IMG/VR virus record: IMGVR_UViG_3300032092_000085
Span: 1 to 39,825 of that record
From: a virus
Lineage: Duplodnaviria > Caudoviricetes
Direction: 5' to 3' (one strand)
Length of the DNA: 39,825 nucleotides
The position numbers and the translations under genes were made by a program. The first letter of the stretch is position 1; each line of letters opens with the position of its first letter. Positions 18,709 through 25,828 of the stretch are shown here, piece by piece. Below the pieces are notes generated by a model. That model did not search any database. It was not told the DNA's origin and saw only the letters and a program-made list of their open reading frames with translations.

Positions 18709-19123
18709 CCTTCCTCCAGAACACGCGATTGAATTCCTTGCGGATCTTGTCGCAGATGTTCGACCGCTCATCAAACATGTCGTGCGTGTTCCCATGTCCA
18801 TCAACAACCTTGTCGTAGTTGCACAGAACTCCCTCCACGATTGCCATAGTGCGGTTTAGAACTTTGTTCCTTGCGAATCCGTCACGTTCTCCCATGTCGC
18901 GCTTGGTGAGCCAGTCCGCATACTCAGCGCACTGTTGTTCGTCTCGGTCGTTGACACGTCGTAGCAGTCGCAGCATGCGTTCTTCGCCAGGCATATCCAT
19001 GCTGGCTCGCAACTCCTCAATCTCGCCGATGGCCTCTGTTGCAATACTGTTGACCTCGGTGTATTCGCCAACTCCCAACAACTCGGCCAGTGCCGCGATT
19101 GGTTCTTTGGTTTCGTTTGCCAT
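18692..19123 (-). CDS. Hypothetical protein
   Basis: 143-aa ORF with GAGG RBS, in operon. Confidence 0.7.
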   Translation of the reverse strand: MANETKEPIAALAELLGVGEYTEVNSIATEAIGEIEELRASMDMPGEERMLRLLRRVNDRDEQQCAEYADWLTKRDMGERDGFARNKVLNRTMAIVEGVLCNYDKVVDGHGNTHDMFDERSNICDKIRKEFNRVFWRKDDSRE

Positions 19124-19131
19124 GTGGTTCC

Positions 19132-19389
19132 TCAGAACGGGATGTCGGTATCGGGAAGCGGACGGTGATTGGCCTGCTTGGCCGGCGCTGCGGGTGCATC
19201 CTCGCGCTCACGCGGAACGCTGAACTTCAGCGAAAGCATCTCGGTCCCCTTGCTCGTGGTCTTCGTCCAGGCTGCGATCTCCATGACCACCCCATTGACC
19301 ATGCAGTTCCCGCGCCAATCAGGCTGGCGGTCGTGCTGCTTGCGGTTCTGGAACATCGCTCCGGTGTCAGGCTTCGGTTCGTAGCTCAT
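19132..19389 (-). CDS. Putative ssDNA-binding protein (DUF736-like)
   Basis: G.MFQN.K....QPDWRG...IAAW.K...LSL pattern and an SSB-like acidic tail DTDIPF. Confidence 0.7.
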   Translation of the reverse strand: MSYEPKPDTGAMFQNRKQHDRQPDWRGNCMVNGVVMEIAAWTKTTSKGTEMLSLKFSVPREREDAPAAPAKQANHRPLPDTDIPF

Positions 19390-20615
19390 GTGTGCTCCTT
19401 CTGGTTAGGGGTCTGACTCTCATACGCGGCGATACGCTCGCCGATCCATGCCATGCAGTTGCAGGCCATCGAGTTCCCGAGTGCCTTGTACCTAGGCCCG
19501 TCTGGGCATGCCTCGGCAGGCTTGCCACGGTACGGGATCATCGTCCAATCGTCGGGGAATCCTTGCAGTCTCTCGCACTCGCGAGGCGTGAGGCGACGGA
19601 CAGTCATCGACTGCGCCACCGCCGCATGGGCCGCGTTGTCCTTGGCGAGCGTGTGGCACGGGTCGCCAGGTACGCGGTTCTGACGATTCACCGGGGCGGT
19701 GATCTGAAACAGGTCGTAGGGGACGGGAGCTACTGGGATATACGCTCCGTGCCCATCTAACTCGGTGTGCGACCGAAGGCCACGAGTGCCAAGCGTTGAT
19801 GCAACAGGTTGCACTACCAAAGACTCGCTGCCTGCCCCGCAATCACCGCCACTAGCTCGCAAGATTCCTCCAACATCATCTTGCACGAACTTACCGATAG
19901 CATTAGATCGCACGGTAGTCGGCTGCGCGATCATCGTGCAAGTCTCGTAATCCTGCCGTTTCATCTCGCCAGTTGTGATGCAGCGAGCAACGCCGCCTTC
20001 AGCATCGGAGGCAGAGCCTTTCCGCGTCTTTCGGCGCGCCTCAAGATGCCGCTGCAAGCCTTCGGCGAGAGCGAGTACTTCTCCGGCAGCGGCCCCGTTT
20101 CCAAGACATCCGACAACGAACACACGTCGCCTGCGCTGCGGAACGGCTCGGGGCCATCCCCCCACTCGCAGGTATTGAGCGTCAAGCACCCGGTAGGCCC
20201 ACTCATACCCGAGTTGCCCCAGCGCCCCGAGGAAGGTGCCAAAGTCCCGTCCTCCGTTGGATGACAGGACGCCGGGGACATTTTCCCACACGAGCCATCT
20301 CGGGCGCAGTCGATCAGCGATTGCCAAGTAGGTGAGCATGAGGTTTCCGCGTGGGTCGGCGAGTCCTTGTCGCAACCCGGCGACGCTGAAGGACTGACAG
20401 GGAGTTCCTCCGACCAGAAGGTCGATTGCACCTCGGGTGATGGGCCACGATTCATGTTGAGTCATGTCTCCGTAGTTGGGAATGTTGGGGAAGCGATGCG
20501 CGAGCACCGCTGCCGGGAAGGGTTCGATCTCGCTAAATCCTACGGGTGTCCAACCGAGATGCTCCCAAGCTACGCTCGCGGCTTCGATTCCGCTGCACAC
20601 GCTCAAGTACCGCAT
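19386..20615 (-). CDS. DNA (cytosine-5)-methyltransferase (alpha chain)
   Basis: Motif I SVCSGIE, IV GGTPCQSFS, VI WENVPG, VIII PQRRRRVF, RRLTPRECERLQGFPD and X ALGNS. Confidence 0.95.
   Translation of the reverse strand: MRYLSVCSGIEAASVAWEHLGWTPVGFSEIEPFPAAVLAHRFPNIPNYGDMTQHESWPITRGAIDLLVGGTPCQSFSVAGLRQGLADPRGNLMLTYLAIADRLRPRWLVWENVPGVLSSNGGRDFGTFLGALGQLGYEWAYRVLDAQYLRVGGWPRAVPQRRRRVFVVGCLGNGAAAGEVLALAEGLQRHLEARRKTRKGSASDAEGGVARCITTGEMKRQDYETCTMIAQPTTVRSNAIGKFVQDDVGGILRASGGDCGAGSESLVVQPVASTLGTRGLRSHTELDGHGAYIPVAPVPYDLFQITAPVNRQNRVPGDPCHTLAKDNAAHAAVAQSMTVRRLTPRECERLQGFPDDWTMIPYRGKPAEACPDGPRYKALGNSMACNCMAWIGERIAAYESQTPNQKEHT
19961..20455 (-). CDS. Nested alternative-frame ORF; putative methyltransferase beta polypeptide
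   Basis: Same strand, different frame, inside the MTase. C-terminus LSDVLE...EKYSLSPKACSGILRRAERRGKALPPML is ordered and protein-like. Start uncertain. Confidence 0.6.
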   Translation of the reverse strand: MNRGPSPEVQSTFWSEELPVSPSASPGCDKDSPTHAETSCSPTWQSLIDCARDGSCGKMSPASCHPTEDGTLAPSSGRWGNSGMSGPTGCLTLNTCEWGDGPEPFRSAGDVCSLSDVLETGPLPEKYSLSPKACSGILRRAERRGKALPPMLKAALLAASQLAR

Positions 20616-21019
20616 CGTGCGTACTCCCTTGCGACCTTGGCCGCGTAGCCGTCCGTGGCTCTCCGGCGCGTTCCGATTGCGCCCCGTGGCCCTCCGTTGT
20701 GGATTCTCGACACCGTGTCAATCGACCAATCCTGCGCGTAGCGCGAGAGGTAGGCGATGACAACGCGCCTGGCGTATTCCGGATCGGTCACGTCGGTGTA
20801 CGGGCGCGAGCGCAGCGACTTGTCGTATTCGCATGCGTCCTGCCAGTACACCTCCCAGATCTGGAAACGACCAAGCGCCTTCCCGTTGTCTCCGACGGCA
20901 CGGTCAGGCTTACGCTCGCCGCCAGTTTCGACGGCTGCGATGGCTGACAGGATGCGGTTGACGTCGGTGCTGGCAGGCGGCGGCACGACCAGCGCCGCAG
21001 CAATAATGGAGGCGATCAT
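20603..21019 (-). CDS. Lysozyme-like protein (i-type/destabilase-like) with hydrophobic N-terminus
   Basis: AI..VETGG, GDNG.A.G.FQI...YW.DA, Y..RY and RIHNGGP.G motifs. Confidence 0.8.
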   Translation of the reverse strand: MIASIIAAALVVPPPASTDVNRILSAIAAVETGGERKPDRAVGDNGKALGRFQIWEVYWQDACEYDKSLRSRPYTDVTDPEYARRVVIAYLSRYAQDWSIDTVSRIHNGGPRGAIGTRRRATDGYAAKVAREYARCGT

Positions 21020-21336
21020 TCCCGGCTCCTCGGTTGCTCGCGCATCAGTTCCTTCTCGCAGCCGCGAGCGTCGAACGCAGCCGTGATGCCGGCGGGCAGG
21101 TCAGGCATGTGCATCTGATGGCCGTTGACGAGAACGCCCTCAAGCGTCCACGTCAACAAACCCCACGCATTTGACGGGTAGGAATTGCCGTGCTGGTCGA
21201 ATTGCTCATACGACTCCTCAAACCAGTGAGCGGTGATGATGCCGACAACGTGGTTTTCCTGCACGAACTCAATTGCCTTGACGTTGTCGTGTTCCAGCCA
21301 ATCCAAATCGAGGTCGATTGTGTGCTCGGTAATCAC
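21016..21336 (-). CDS. Hypothetical acidic protein
   Basis: GTG start overlapping the upstream stop (GTGA); GGAGG RBS. Confidence 0.65.
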   Translation of the reverse strand: MITEHTIDLDLDWLEHDNVKAIEFVQENHVVGIITAHWFEESYEQFDQHGNSYPSNAWGLLTWTLEGVLVNGHQMHMPDLPAGITAAFDARGCEKELMREQPRSRE

Positions 21337-21647
21337 GCGATCCTCCAAACTCGCACAAGGCGGCGGTGAGTGCTGACACGGGCAGACTGGCGAACGTCGC
21401 CAGTCCAAATGAATCCTTCGCGGAAGACGCTGCCAGCGGCATTGCCCAGGTCAGCGTAGTTCATCCCGGCTGCGGACATAAGCGCCGCCACGTCATCGGC
21501 GGTCACGGTGCCATGCCGTGCTGCGTGCTCGTGCGCCAGCAGGCGGGCCTGCGTAAGCAGGAGCTCACGGGCCTGCGCAGACAGCGTCATGCCAACGTCA
21601 CGCCGTCGTGCAGCCTCGACGATGTCGAACAGGGGTAGGCCGTGCAT
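21333..21647 (-). CDS. Hypothetical protein, possibly winged-helix DNA-binding
   Basis: TGATG coupling; TVTADDV...GNAAGSVFR...TG...S.R...H.R.VRVW pattern. Confidence 0.65.
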   Translation of the reverse strand: MHGLPLFDIVEAARRRDVGMTLSAQARELLLTQARLLAHEHAARHGTVTADDVAALMSAAGMNYADLGNAAGSVFREGFIWTGDVRQSARVSTHRRLVRVWRIA

Positions 21648-21931
21648 CACAGCCCACCTTCGGCATCGGAGTGGATCATGCCGGTCGAATCCATCGCCCC
21701 GCCGTAGTCGGGCTCGGGCTCGTCGGTGGCCTCGGCGGCGACGGCTGCGCGGTACTTGGCGACGGCGGCCTTGACCGCCTCGCGTCGGCTGAACCCGACC
21801 GCCCACACGGACTGCGAGATTTCGGCAATCCAGTTGGGCTTGCCGTCTGGCTTGCAGGTCAGCACGGCACGAATACCAGCGTCTCGCTCGGCGCTGGTGA
21901 CATCAAGAAACTTGAAGGTTGAGTGGTGCAT
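21647..21931 (-). CDS. Hypothetical protein, first gene of the early operon
   Basis: ATG at 21931 preceded by AGAGGA, downstream of a consensus promoter. Confidence 0.7.
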   Translation of the reverse strand: MHHSTFKFLDVTSAERDAGIRAVLTCKPDGKPNWIAEISQSVWAVGFSRREAVKAAVAKYRAAVAAEATDEPEPDYGGAMDSTGMIHSDAEGGL

Positions 21932-21967
21932 GTCATCCTCTTTCTGCCACGTCATGTGGCTGCGGGG

Positions 21968-21996
21968 ACTATACAGGGATGTATATCGACGGTCAA
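21968..21996 (-). promoter_or_regulatory. Sigma70-type early promoter
   Basis: Minus strand TTGACC-17 nt-TATAGT with TG just upstream of the -10; followed by a leader hairpin GCCAC/GTGGC. Confidence 0.8.
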
Positions 21997-22087
21997 GTGA
22001 GTGACCATGAGCAAATGCCAAAATTCTTGGATATCGGCGTTTGCATTATTCAGAAGCGTAATCTGATGTCGTGCCCTGCATTACGCC

Positions 22088-22984
22088 ATGAGCGCGACCA
22101 TCGTCCAGCATCAGCCCGGTTCGTTCACCGTGGAGATGAACGGTGATTCGTTGAGTGCGGGATGGGAGCAATATTTTCTGCTGGTCTCCGATGCTCACAT
22201 CGATAACGCCCACGCAGATCGGGCGCTGTTTGACAAGCACATGCGGCAGTGCCGTGAGCGCGGTGGCTACTGGATGTCGAATGGTGATTTCCTCTGTATT
22301 TTACAGGGGAAATACGACAAGAGGTCTGACACCTCAGCCTGCCGGCCAGAACATCAGCAAGGCAAGTACCTCGACGCGGTCATCAACACGACCGCCGACT
22401 ACATCGCGCCACACGCCGACATGGCGCTGCTATTCGCGCCCGGCAACCACGAGACTGCGATCAAGCGATATCACGAAACGGACATGAACGAGCGCCTGGT
22501 CGAGGCGGCCAAGGTTCGCAATCCGCAATGCCCAGCACACGCCGGCAGCTATGCAAACTGGGTGCGATTCCTTGTGCGGCAGAAGGACCGGCGCCAAGTC
22601 GTCGGCAACAGCATCGTCATGTACATGCACCACGGGTACGGCGGCGGCGGCCCCGTGACCCGAGGCACGATCCAGACCGCACGCATGGCCGTCTACCTGC
22701 CCGACGCCGACATCATCTGGACAGGCCACACGCACGACGAATGGATTATGCCTATCCAGCGTGCGCGTCTGTCCCTTCACGGTCGCCCGTACCTTGACCG
22801 CGTGATGCACGTTCGCAGCCCCGGCTACAAGGACGAGTTCAGCGAGCAGAACGGATGGGCTGTCGAGAAGGGCATGCCGCCGAAGCCAAAGGGCGCATTG
22901 TGGCTGCGGTTCTACATGGATCACTCTCGGGTCAACGGGAACCCTGCGCGTAGACTGCGGTACGAGGTGCGCGAGGCGCAGTAA
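22088..22984 (+). CDS. Calcineurin-like metallophosphoesterase
   Basis: All five motifs present: SDAH, NGD, GNHE, HHG and GHTH. Confidence 0.9.
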   Translation: MSATIVQHQPGSFTVEMNGDSLSAGWEQYFLLVSDAHIDNAHADRALFDKHMRQCRERGGYWMSNGDFLCILQGKYDKRSDTSACRPEHQQGKYLDAVINTTADYIAPHADMALLFAPGNHETAIKRYHETDMNERLVEAAKVRNPQCPAHAGSYANWVRFLVRQKDRRQVVGNSIVMYMHHGYGGGGPVTRGTIQTARMAVYLPDADIIWTGHTHDEWIMPIQRARLSLHGRPYLDRVMHVRSPGYKDEFSEQNGWAVEKGMPPKPKGALWLRFYMDHSRVNGNPARRLRYEVREAQ

Positions 22985-23016
22985 CTGACCGTTTCAGAAG
23001 GACAGATAGGAGCAAC

Positions 23017-23283
23017 ATGCCACAACCTGCAAAGGGCAAACGATTCGCCAAGACTGTCCGCAACCCGGAAACGGGTCGCACCCGCACTGTGAGCTACGGT
23101 CAGGCCGGCAAGGCAAAGGGCGGCGGCGACCGCATCAAGCCCGGAACCGCCAAGGGTGACGCATACTGCGCACGCTCATTCGCGCAGATGAAGCAACACC
23201 CCAAGGCGGCACGCGACCCGAACAGCCCGCTGCGGCTCTCGCGTGCAAAGTGGAAGTGCAGCGGCAAGACTTCACGAGGTTGA
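23017..23283 (+). CDS. Small basic phage protein (YCARS...KAARDPNS.LR..R.KWKC type)
   Basis: 88 aa, Lys/Arg-rich, AGGAG RBS. Confidence 0.8.
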   Translation: MPQPAKGKRFAKTVRNPETGRTRTVSYGQAGKAKGGGDRIKPGTAKGDAYCARSFAQMKQHPKAARDPNSPLRLSRAKWKCSGKTSRG

Positions 23284-23285
23284 AC

Positions 23286-23420
23286 ATGGCAAAGAAAGCA
23301 GCAAAGCGCGGTCTGTACGCGAACATCAACGCACGACGGGCAGCCGGCACCAGCCGACCCAAGTCAAAGAGCACCGTCAGCCCTAGCGCGTACAAGGCGA
23401 TGAAGCGCGGATTCAAGTGA
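23286..23420 (+). CDS. 44-aa basic peptide (not in the ORF track)
   Basis: MAKKAAKRGLYANINARRAAGTSRPKSKSTVSPSAYKAMKRGFK; GAGG RBS; fills the gap exactly. Confidence 0.75.
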   Translation: MAKKAAKRGLYANINARRAAGTSRPKSKSTVSPSAYKAMKRGFK

Positions 23421-23426
23421 ATCACC

Positions 23427-23696
23427 ATGCGCGTGCGCCTGGGCCAACGGTACTGGGTGTTTAGGTTCGTGAATCACCTCACCAACTTTGGTGAGGTTGA
23501 GCACGGCGACAGCGCCGACACGCGCATCATTCGCATTCGACGCGGTCAGTCCGAGCAGGAAATGCTCGACACGATCATCCACGAGGCGCTGCACGCCGCC
23601 AGGCCAGAGCTCGACGAGGACGCCGTTGCCTCGACCGCCAACGACATCAGCCGCCTGCTGTGGAAACTTGGTTACAGGCTCACGGACCCCAAATGA
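23427..23696 (+). CDS. Minimal zincin-like (HExxH) protein
   Basis: IIRIRRGQS...LDTIIHEALHA...LDE. Confidence 0.75.
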   Translation: MRVRLGQRYWVFRFVNHLTNFGEVEHGDSADTRIIRIRRGQSEQEMLDTIIHEALHAARPELDEDAVASTANDISRLLWKLGYRLTDPK

Positions 23697-24219
23697 CCTC
23701 GGAGTTGCGCCGGTAGTTGCTGACGGTTGGACGTGCTGCCGGGCGCACGAGATGCTTGTCGTTGAACATCAGGTAGTTGTTCGGGAGCAGCGCGAACTGG
23801 CCGCCGTTCAGATGCACCATGTTGAGCGGCTTGTGCTCGTCTGGGTACCTGCTGAACCCGTCCCGCCAGTCCACCATGATCCCGGTGTGACGACCGTGCA
23901 ATGCCACTCCTCGGATTGACGAGCACACTAGTCCCTCTAGGTAGTGACAGTGCCAGGCCTCGATGTCCTCGCCCATCGCACCCCACGGCTGCAACGTCAG
24001 CGGCTGCTCCATGAACATGTACGACGTGCTGATGTAATTCCACAGCATTCCCGACCAGTGGGCGCCTGACTCCAGCAGCACGTGGCCCATGATCGCCTGA
24101 CCTGGCCGGCAGTAGATCCCGTGCAGGATCCCGCGTGTCGTGCCGGCTGGCATCTCGGGCCCGAGCGCGACATTGTTGATGTTGACGTAAATGTGATAAG
24201 GCAGGTTGCAGTGACGCAT
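23680..24219 (-). CDS. Hypothetical phage protein
   Basis: 179 aa with protein-like composition (HVLLESGAHW, LQPW, EHK, GQFALLPNN). A -10 box lies 6 nt upstream of the ATG. Confidence 0.75.
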   Translation of the reverse strand: MRHCNLPYHIYVNINNVALGPEMPAGTTRGILHGIYCRPGQAIMGHVLLESGAHWSGMLWNYISTSYMFMEQPLTLQPWGAMGEDIEAWHCHYLEGLVCSSIRGVALHGRHTGIMVDWRDGFSRYPDEHKPLNMVHLNGGQFALLPNNYLMFNDKHLVRPAARPTVSNYRRNSEVIWGP

Positions 24220-24224
24220 GGCGG

Positions 24225-24231
24225 TAGGATA
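24225..24231. promoter_or_regulatory. Overlapping bidirectional -10 element (TAGGAT on +, TATCCT on -)
   Basis: The minus-strand box is 6 nt from ATG 24219. The plus-strand box is 6 nt from the start of a structured region at 24237. Confidence 0.5.
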
Positions 24232-24236
24232 GGGGC

Positions 24237-24365
24237 GCGGTGACGTCGGATTCGACTGCCGACATGGGTGCTGCCTGAAGGCCGCGAGGTACGCCGCAGC
24301 GCCGGAACATTGGGGTAACGAACCTGCCGCCGGGGACAGACGCTCAGGCGTTGTGTCCCATGTTT
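24237..24365 (+). ncRNA. Candidate structured small RNA
   Basis: GTCGG/CCGAC hairpin with a TTCGACT loop, CC-GCGA-GG tetraloop, and a 3' hairpin GGGACAGACGC/GCGTTGTGTCCC plus ATGTTT. No credible ORF. Confidence 0.4.
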
Positions 24366-24418
24366 ATAACTGCTGATGTGCATACGACTTGTATGCGTTT
24401 CGGCAATCAACGGCACAG

Positions 24419-24454
24419 GCGTGAATATGCGTGAAGATGCGTGAGGGAGCGTAT
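24419..24454. repeat. 10-bp-phased direct repeats GCGTGA x3 plus GCGTAT
   Basis: Copies at 24419, 24429, 24439 and 24449. Confidence 0.75.
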
Positions 24455-24489
24455 GTGCTACAGATGTGCGGAAATGTAGTGCAATGCGC

Positions 24490-24519
24490 TCGACAGCCGA
24501 TGAAATGACACGCTACAAT
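24490..24519 (+). promoter_or_regulatory. Promoter for the replication initiator
   Basis: TCGACA-18 nt-TACAAT upstream of a structured leader. Confidence 0.6.
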
Positions 24520-24527
24520 GGCGTGAC

Positions 24528-24612
24528 GAGCGGCTGGAATCGCTCAACATTTCGGACTCCGGTGGCGGGGCGCGGTGCTTCCAGCCGCTCCCGCGCTTCG
24601 CCCCGGATTTTC
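24528..24612 (+). promoter_or_regulatory. Structured 5' leader (two hairpins with complementary loops; terminator-like)
   Basis: Perfect 12-bp inverted repeat 24528-24539 / 24579-24590. 17-bp stem 24558-24575 / 24591-24607, followed by TTTT. Confidence 0.65.
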
Positions 24613-24651
24613 CCATTCGTCCGCTACATGGCGGACAGACAGGATTGCGGC

Positions 24652-25584
24652 ATGGCGACGGATCTGCCTTGGTTCTCGATGTACCCGACCGACTTCCTCG
24701 TGAGTACGGCGATGCTGACCCCGGTGCAGGGCTGGGCGTACACCCAGATGCTGATGTACGCCTGGACGAACGGAGGCATTCCGGACGACCGGGAAGCTTG
24801 TCAGGCGATGACTCGATGCCAGTTGACCGATGCAGACTGGTCGGTTTTGAGGGCTAGGTTCGAGGTTAGGGTGGCTCAAGCCACCCTGCCAGCCACCCTC
24901 GTCCACCCTCGCATGGAGGTCGAGCGCGAGAAGGCTCGCAGCCGGCACACCGCAGCGGTCGAGGCAGGCCGAAGGGGTGCAGAGGCCCGTTCTGGGGCCA
25001 AAAACAAGGGTGGCTCAAGCCACCCTACTAGGGTGGCTCAAGCAACCCTACCAGCGGAAACGCAGGGTGGCTCAAGCAACCCTACTAGGGTGGCTTCAGC
25101 AACTACAACCACAACCACAACTACAAACAAAACCCCCCCTACCCCCCTTCCTCGAGACGCGATGCGACGTCTGCTGATGCGCGAGCCAGCCTGGCGTACG
25201 CGGGTCGAACGGGCGGGGGCGGGGGATTGGTATGTCAAGGGGGAGGACGGACAGCAGAGGGTCGTCACCGAGGACGAGGTCATCGCCGACGGGATCGCCG
25301 TGATGACCGCCAAGGTCGAGCAGGAGCGCGAGCTCACGCTCGCCAAACTGCGAACCAACGGCCTCGCTGATGGCGAGGCCGAGGCCATGTACCGACGATG
25401 GCTCGCCGAATACCTCGAAGGCGGTCAATCCCCAGCGACCGTCGTGCGCAACGATCTCGCCGACAAGAGCGTCCGGAACATCGCAGCCGTGTGGAGGGCA
25501 CGCCTCGCCGCCCCGTACAATCCCGGTCATGGCACGCAAGCGCAAGTCATCGTCGAAGCAGGTGCTGCTGGCGGGCCTCGATGA
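24652..25584 (+). CDS. Replication initiator, DUF1376/YdaU-like
   Basis: LPWFSMYPTDFL..T..LT..QGWAY..ML...W..G.IPDD N-terminus, internal iterons and a Thr-run linker. AGGA RBS before ATG 24652. Confidence 0.85.
   Translation: MATDLPWFSMYPTDFLVSTAMLTPVQGWAYTQMLMYAWTNGGIPDDREACQAMTRCQLTDADWSVLRARFEVRVAQATLPATLVHPRMEVEREKARSRHTAAVEAGRRGAEARSGAKNKGGSSHPTRVAQATLPAETQGGSSNPTRVASATTTTTTTTNKTPPTPLPRDAMRRLLMREPAWRTRVERAGAGDWYVKGEDGQQRVVTEDEVIADGIAVMTAKVEQERELTLAKLRTNGLADGEAEAMYRRWLAEYLEGGQSPATVVRNDLADKSVRNIAAVWRARLAAPYNPGHGTQAQVIVEAGAAGGPR
24868..25149. repeat. Putative replication origin: five 20-bp palindromic iterons plus an A/C-skewed tract
   Basis: AGGGTGGCT-CA-AGC(C/A)ACCCT at 24868, 25007, 25030 and 25064, degenerate at 25087. 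Then ACTACAACCACAACCACAACTACAAACAAAACCCCCC. Confidence 0.85.
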
Positions 25585-25816
25585 CTGCATCCTCGGCGTG
25601 CACTACCCCCGCGCCGGAGAGGCAGGGCCCCCCGTGGTCGTCTACAGCGCGGACATGATCGCAGCCCGTCTACGCGACGATCAGGGCATGACCCAGGTCG
25701 AAGCACGGTGCTTCGTTACCGACGAGATTGAGGCACGCTGGATGGGGCCGGGAACACCACGCCTAGTGTGGGCGGCAACTATCCAAGATTTCGGCATAAA
25801 CAGCACCAAGGACTGA
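25529..25816 (+). CDS. Conserved hypothetical phage protein
   Basis: GLDDCILG...VVVYS...GMT..EA..F......WMG..TP pattern. TACAAT lies 7 nt upstream of the ATG. Confidence 0.75.
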   Translation: MARKRKSSSKQVLLAGLDDCILGVHYPRAGEAGPPVVVYSADMIAARLRDDQGMTQVEARCFVTDEIEARWMGPGTPRLVWAATIQDFGINSTKD

Positions 25817-25828
25817 TATAATCACGCC

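Noticed and set aside
24275-24300. Hammerhead ribozyme (CTGAAG...GCGA stem)
   Set aside because: Lacks the CUGANGA and GAAA core in the required arrangement.
24232-24612. Full tmRNA or tRNA gene
   Set aside because: The 5' similarity and a TTTCGGAC at 24550 are present, but I find no T-arm, acceptor stem or CCA 3' end, and no cloverleaf.
24466-24651. N-terminal extension of the initiator given in the ORF track
   Set aside because: It covers the promoter and structured leader; the family-like sequence starts at 24652 with an RBS.
24868-25106. Mini CRISPR array
   Set aside because: Spacers are 3-14 bp or irregular, the repeats lie within a coding initiator gene, and there are no cas genes. 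Iterons fit better.
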